From Deltaproteobacteria bacterium (lineage in GTDB: Bacteria > Desulfobacterota > Desulfomonilia > UBA1062), in NCBI GenBank assembly GCA_018433085.1, contig JAHDRW010000011.1, positions 55,224 to 119,223 of the forward strand: a DNA stretch of 64,000 nucleotides, given 5' to 3'. Each line of letters starts with the position of its first letter. The first letter of the stretch is position 1. Of the stretch, positions 59,454-64,000 are shown piece by piece. The position numbers were made by a program, and so were the translations under genes. The notes under the pieces were generated by a model. The model saw only the letters and a program-made list of their open reading frames with translations, ran no database searches and was not told the DNA's origin.

Positions 59454-60257
59454 CTAGGCCACGCTCTCGGCGCTGTAGCGGGCGATGAGGCCGGTGCGCA
59501 CGGCGTGGCGAAAGGTCCGGGCGAAAAACAGGCCCGCGAGCAGGATATACAGCGCGGCAAGGCCGGCACTCATGAGCAGGACGGAGCCGGACGCCGATCC
59601 GCCTGATATGATCGAGCGCATGCCTTCGAACACGTATGCAGGCGGGAGCAGGCGCGATATGTACTGCATCCACTCGGGCAGCGTGGAGAGCGGGTAGAAC
59701 ACCCCGGCAAAGGGTGAGAGGAGCGCGGGAACGGGCCACACGAACCACTCCGCCGATGGGCCGAGCCTGAGCACCATGGCGCTCGCAAAGATGCCGAGCG
59801 CGATCCCGAACAGAAAGAGCACCAGGAGAAAGGGAAAGATCGCGATGCCGTAAATAAAGAATGAAAGCCCGAACACGAGCGTGGCGAGCACGAGCATCAC
59901 GACGAGCCCGATCGAGCTCGTGATGATGCTGGAGAGCACGAGGCCGCCCAGGTATTCGGAAATGGAGAGCGGTGTGGCGAAAAAGTTGAGGAAGTTTCTG
60001 GACCACACATCCTCGAAAAAGGCCATGGTCACCCCCTGCATGACCCGGATGAAGAAATCCCAGAGCAGGACCGCACCCAGAAGGATGGGCACGAAGTTGA
60101 GCCCGCTGACCGTGACGGTGTTGAGGTATTTCGTGATGAAGCCCCAGAGCACGATATCGATGGCGACCCAGGCAAAGAGCGGCACCACGCGCGAGAAGCT
60201 CCCGCGGATGAGATAGAACTGGCGCAGCACCACAGCCGACACGCGGTTCAGGTTCAC
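59454..60257 (-). CDS. ABC-2-type exporter permease
   Basis: Six TM helices characteristic of ABC-2 permeases. The start is taken as the GTG at 60257 (GGAGG RBS), overlapping the ATPase stop in GTGA fashion. Confidence 0.7.
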   Translation of the reverse strand: MNLNRVSAVVLRQFYLIRGSFSRVVPLFAWVAIDIVLWGFITKYLNTVTVSGLNFVPILLGAVLLWDFFIRVMQGVTMAFFEDVWSRNFLNFFATPLSISEYLGGLVLSSIITSSIGLVVMLVLATLVFGLSFFIYGIAIFPFLLVLFLFGIALGIFASAMVLRLGPSAEWFVWPVPALLSPFAGVFYPLSTLPEWMQYISRLLPPAYVFEGMRSIISGGSASGSVLLMSAGLAALYILLAGLFFARTFRHAVRTGLIARYSAESVA

Positions 60258-61030
60258 GGCAGCCTCCTGTTCCCGAGCGTGAGGGGCTCGCGAGCAACCG
60301 TGATGAAAAGCTCTTCGAGGTTCTCCTTGCCGTGCTTTGCAGGCAGGGATTTCGGGTCGCCTTCGAGCAGGATCTTCCCGTGCGAGAGAAAGAGCACCCG
60401 GTCGCACACCTCTTCGACCTCGTACATATTGTGTGAGGTCCACAGCACGCCTCCGGTGCTCTCCGAGGCGAACATGCGGATCTTCCGGCGGATTTCGCGG
60501 GCAGTCGCAGGGTCGAGCGACGCGGTCGGCTCGTCGAGCAGAAGGAGATCGGGCCGGTTGAGCATGGCCTTGGCAAGACTTGCGCGAGTCTGTTCACCGG
60601 AAGAGAGCACGCCGCATTTCACGTTGCGAAACGTGGTGAGATCGAACTGTGCGAGGAGCTCCTCGATCCTGGATGAGAGGTTTTTCACCGCATAGATCAG
60701 CCCGAAGACGCGCAGGTTCTGATACACGGTCAGGTTGCCCGGAAGCGGGGCGTAGACGGCCGCGAAGTTCGTGCGCGCGAGCGCCTGTGACCGGCGGGAG
60801 CGGATATCCGACCCTTCGATGAGTATGGTGCCGCAGCTCGGCTCGAGAACGCCCAGGATCATGTTGATGGTCGTGGTTTTTCCCGCCCCGTTGGGCCCCA
60901 GCAGGCCGACGATCTCGTTTGCACCAACCTCGAAGGAGATATCGTCCACGGCGAGGGTGTCGCCGTACCGCTTGCACAGCCCGCTCACCGAAAGCACTTT
61001 CATTGTCCGATACGCCTTTGTCTTCTCCAT
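60254..61030 (-). CDS. ABC transporter ATP-binding protein
   Basis: Walker A GPNGAGKTT, signature LSSGEQ and Walker B LLLLDEP. Confidence 0.85.
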   Translation of the reverse strand: MEKTKAYRTMKVLSVSGLCKRYGDTLAVDDISFEVGANEIVGLLGPNGAGKTTTINMILGVLEPSCGTILIEGSDIRSRRSQALARTNFAAVYAPLPGNLTVYQNLRVFGLIYAVKNLSSRIEELLAQFDLTTFRNVKCGVLSSGEQTRASLAKAMLNRPDLLLLDEPTASLDPATAREIRRKIRMFASESTGGVLWTSHNMYEVEEVCDRVLFLSHGKILLEGDPKSLPAKHGKENLEELFITVAREPLTLGNRRLP

Positions 61031-61322
61031 GCGCCTTTATGATATGGTAATGTTCTCTCTTTTCGATGTCTTCTCAAGCGGCCCGCTGAAGCGGGTATCT
61101 CTTGAGAAGGGGAAATCGCGGAAATCCAAGCCCCAGTGGTACCGTCTCCAGCCATGCGCAGTAAGAAGCGGGTGTTTAAGATGGGTTCGGGACAACCGGG
61201 ATCCTCACCGTGCTCCGGACGCCGGGCCTCGCGCCGCTTGTGCGGAAAGGAGGCAGGCCCTTTGAGACGGCCGGACAGGAGCGGCACTGTGGACGGCTTT
61301 CACGGAACACGGTGCAGCCGCC

Positions 61323-61934
61323 TCACCATGACGGATAGATCCAGGGGAGCACCCATATCCCGAGGTTCGCCGCCGCGTGGACCGTATAGGGTGCCCAGAC
61401 GCTGCCCCGCCACTCGTAGAGCCCTGCGAAGATCAGGCCTCCGGCAAGCTGCACCGGCGCGATGAAACCGTGCATCCCCGCGAAGAAAAGGGCCGATACG
61501 ACGATGGAGACGATCACGGGCATCCTCTGCCTGAGCCACGAATAAAGGAGACCGCGGAAAAAGAGCTCCTCTGCAAAGGGGGCGATTACGCACCCGACCA
61601 GAAAGAACAGGACGGGATCGGCCACCTCCTGCCTCCCGATGAGGAATCTCAAGGCGCCGCCTTCGAGGAGCGCCCGGGAGGCGGCGTCTCCCAGGGCGAC
61701 CATGGCGCCGAAGACACCGGCGACCCCCGCCCCGATGAGGATCTCGCGCAGTATGGACCGGGCGCGGACCCCGCTGAGCTGAAACGCGAGTCCGAGGATG
61801 ATGAGCGTTTCCACCAGCCGGACCAGCAGGGTGAAGAGCAGGGGGTTCATCGGGAGCGAAACAGTTCTGTACACAAGCCTGAATGCAAGCTCCACGAGAA
61901 TGACGATCAATATTACGCCGATGCGCCTGTCCAT
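61323..61934 (-). CDS. CPBP-family intramembrane metalloprotease (CAAX protease-like)
   Basis: Conserved EELFFRG...FAGMHG motifs and a multi-TM topology. The start was moved to the ATG at 61934. Confidence 0.7.
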   Translation of the reverse strand: MDRRIGVILIVILVELAFRLVYRTVSLPMNPLLFTLLVRLVETLIILGLAFQLSGVRARSILREILIGAGVAGVFGAMVALGDAASRALLEGGALRFLIGRQEVADPVLFFLVGCVIAPFAEELFFRGLLYSWLRQRMPVIVSIVVSALFFAGMHGFIAPVQLAGGLIFAGLYEWRGSVWAPYTVHAAANLGIWVLPWIYPSW

Positions 61935-62125
61935 ATGTGGCTTACCGTTATACGATCGCGGGCAGGGAATCACAAGCCCAATATCCGGGGGGGGTGTCTG
62001 CAAGCACCCATCCGAGCTTGCACCGCTCTGCCCCGATCAACATCGCGGAGTGCCGGTTATGCAGCGGAAGGCAAAGCATGTGGGAATTGACGATGTGCGG
62101 GGAATCTGATTTAACCATAACCATT

Positions 62126-63994
62126 ATGAAGAGAATCGTCATCGGCACCGCAGGACACGTGGACCACGGCAAGACATCGCTCATCAGGGCGATGACCGGC
62201 GTGGACTGCGACCGGCTGAAAGAGGAAAAGCAGCGCGGGCTGACCATCGAGCTCGGCTTCACCTCGCTGGACCTGCCTTCCGGAGAGAAGGTCGGCGTGG
62301 TGGACGTGCCCGGCCACGTGAGGTTCATCCGGCACATGCTCTCCGGGGCGTCGGGAATCGACCTGGTCATGCTGGTGGTCGCCGCGGACGAAGGGGTAAT
62401 GCCCCAGACCGTCGAACACATCCAGATCTGCAGCCTCCTGGGCATCCAGCGGGGCGTGGTCGTGCTCACCAAGACCGACATGGTGGACGACGACCTCCTG
62501 GAACTTGCGTATGCTGATATCCAGGATTTCATGTCGCGCACCTTCCTCAAGGATGCGCCTATCGTGGCCGTGAGCTCGGCGACCGGCAAAGGCATAGACG
62601 AGCTCAAGCAGATTCTCGACGAGCAGATCCGCTCTCTGGAAGAGCGGCGCATCACCGGCATCCCGGTCCTGCCCGTCGACCGGGTGTTCACGATCAAGGG
62701 CTTCGGGACCGTGGTCACCGGGACCATGAAGCAGGGGGTGTTCAAAGAGGATCAGGAGGTTGAGGTCCTGCCCGCCGGCCGCAAGGCCCGGGTTCGGAAC
62801 ATCCAGGTACATGGACATGATGCGGACAGTGCGATGGCCGGCATGCGCACGGCGATCAATCTCCAGGGCTTTTCCCGGGAAGACATCGAGCGTGGACAGT
62901 GGGTGGTGCCGGCCGGTGTGTTCAAGCCCACGCGGCTCCTGGATGCCCGCCTGGATCTCCTGGCCAAGCCCAAGAAGGGCGAGGTCAAGATCCACTTCGG
63001 CACGTCCGAGCTCACCGGTGAGATGAGCATCCACACCATGGACGGTCTCGATTTGGCAAGGATACGCCTCAAGGAGCCGGTTATCGCTGCGTTCGGCGAT
63101 CGGTTCATCATCCGGAGCATCTCCCCCTCCCACACGCTCGCAGGGGGCACGGTGCTCAATCCCTCGCCCCACCGGAGGTTTTCCGAGGATATTGCCAGGG
63201 ATCTGCTGAGCGCGGACAGGGTCTGTCAGGTCACGGGAATTGTCAGGGACGCGGGGGTCCGGGGGATATCAAAGAAGGCTCTTGCCGCAGTCTTTGCCGA
63301 TGGAGGCTCGTCCCTGGACAAGGTCATGGGGGAGCTTCTGTCGTCCGGGCAGGTTATCCGCTTCGACCCCAACAACGATCTCTATGTCTTCGAGGCCTAT
63401 GCGCTCTCGCTCAAAGAGCTCATGCTGAAGAAGGTGAAGGAATATCATAAGGATCATGCCTCCTCCCCCGGCATCTCCCGCGAGCACCTGCGCTCGGCGC
63501 TCAAGGGGAGCGTGGATCCCAAGCTCTTTCATAAGCTGCTGACCGACCTCATGAGAAAGGGTGAGATCGAGGAAGTCGGCCCCGGCATCAGAGAGAAGGG
63601 CTTCAGACCGTCTCTCGGTGACGCCATGGGCGCCGTGGGGGAGAAGGCCTATGACATGCTTTCCGCGAGCGGATTCGAGCCGCCGCGCGTTCAAGAGCTC
63701 GCGGAGCGCCTCTCCATAGACTTAAAGCAGATGGAGGATGTGCTTGGTTTCCTCACCCGGCAGGGGAGGCTCACCAAGATCAAGGACGATGTGTATCTCA
63801 CCGAGGCCGCAGTCTCCCGGCTCAAGGAAAAGGTTTGCCTGTTCATTCGCGAGCATGATTCGCTCGCGCCTACCGATATGAAGCAGATCGTCGGCGTCAG
63901 CCGCAAATATGCCATTCCCTTTCTCGAGTATCTCGACCGCGTCCGATTCACGGTACGCGTGGACAACGTCCGCAAGCTGGGCACGGGGGGATGA
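62126..63994 (+). CDS. selB: Selenocysteine-specific translation elongation factor
   Basis: GTPase N-terminus IGTAGHVDHGKTSL, DVPGH and NKTD, followed by the long winged-helix C-terminal extension typical of SelB (about 622 aa). The start was moved to the ATG at 62126. Confidence 0.85.
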   Translation: MKRIVIGTAGHVDHGKTSLIRAMTGVDCDRLKEEKQRGLTIELGFTSLDLPSGEKVGVVDVPGHVRFIRHMLSGASGIDLVMLVVAADEGVMPQTVEHIQICSLLGIQRGVVVLTKTDMVDDDLLELAYADIQDFMSRTFLKDAPIVAVSSATGKGIDELKQILDEQIRSLEERRITGIPVLPVDRVFTIKGFGTVVTGTMKQGVFKEDQEVEVLPAGRKARVRNIQVHGHDADSAMAGMRTAINLQGFSREDIERGQWVVPAGVFKPTRLLDARLDLLAKPKKGEVKIHFGTSELTGEMSIHTMDGLDLARIRLKEPVIAAFGDRFIIRSISPSHTLAGGTVLNPSPHRRFSEDIARDLLSADRVCQVTGIVRDAGVRGISKKALAAVFADGGSSLDKVMGELLSSGQVIRFDPNNDLYVFEAYALSLKELMLKKVKEYHKDHASSPGISREHLRSALKGSVDPKLFHKLLTDLMRKGEIEEVGPGIREKGFRPSLGDAMGAVGEKAYDMLSASGFEPPRVQELAERLSIDLKQMEDVLGFLTRQGRLTKIKDDVYLTEAAVSRLKEKVCLFIREHDSLAPTDMKQIVGVSRKYAIPFLEYLDRVRFTVRVDNVRKLGTGG

Positions 63995-64000
63995 ACAGGG

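Overview
High-GC chromosomal segment, consistent by inference with an anaerobic Desulfobacterota/deltaproteobacterial-type genome. Most of the window is housekeeping and catabolic genes. One end carries a sensor histidine kinase, a UDP-sugar pyrophosphorylase, rarA and an initiator tRNA-fMet. A TetR-controlled beta-oxidation-type locus follows. It contains an HMG-CoA-synthase-like::DUF35 fusion, an SCPx-type thiolase, a split hydratase-2 (two MaoC hot-dog genes) with an HSD17B4-like (R)-3-hydroxyacyl-CoA dehydrogenase, two acyl-CoA dehydrogenases, a family-III CoA-transferase, an ECH1-like dienoyl-CoA isomerase, an acyl-CoA ligase and a crotonase. In that locus the ECH1-like gene has an in-frame TAG at the catalytic-Glu position, and the large acyl-CoA dehydrogenase has a poly-G frameshift. 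Downstream lie carB, gap, a GAF protein, YjbQ, ilvD, a PFL-AE-like radical SAM enzyme with a coupled 56-aa ORF, an M18 aminopeptidase, a translationally coupled HK-like/NUDIX/polA block, an acyl-CoA dehydrogenase, serC and a TetR-like regulator. After that come a TatT-like lipoprotein with a DctPQM TRAP transporter, an FKBP-type PPIase, a crotonase, an FGGY sugar kinase and an FN3 secreted protein. The window also contains a ~6.4-kb integrative element inserted in tRNA-Leu(CAA), bounded by a perfect 55-bp direct repeat of the tRNA 3' half. The element carries a tyrosine integrase, AlpA, a Cro-like HTH, a duplicated Cys4 zinc-ribbon protein, a winged-helix-like protein, a serine resolvase with an excisionase-family HTH, a lipoprotein and a T5orf172/GIY-YIG-like protein. 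Beyond it are a fic remnant, an ABC-2 exporter with a CPBP protease, and selB. No CRISPR array or rRNA was found. Several TetR-type operator palindromes and a structured leader with mutually exclusive hairpins are visible.
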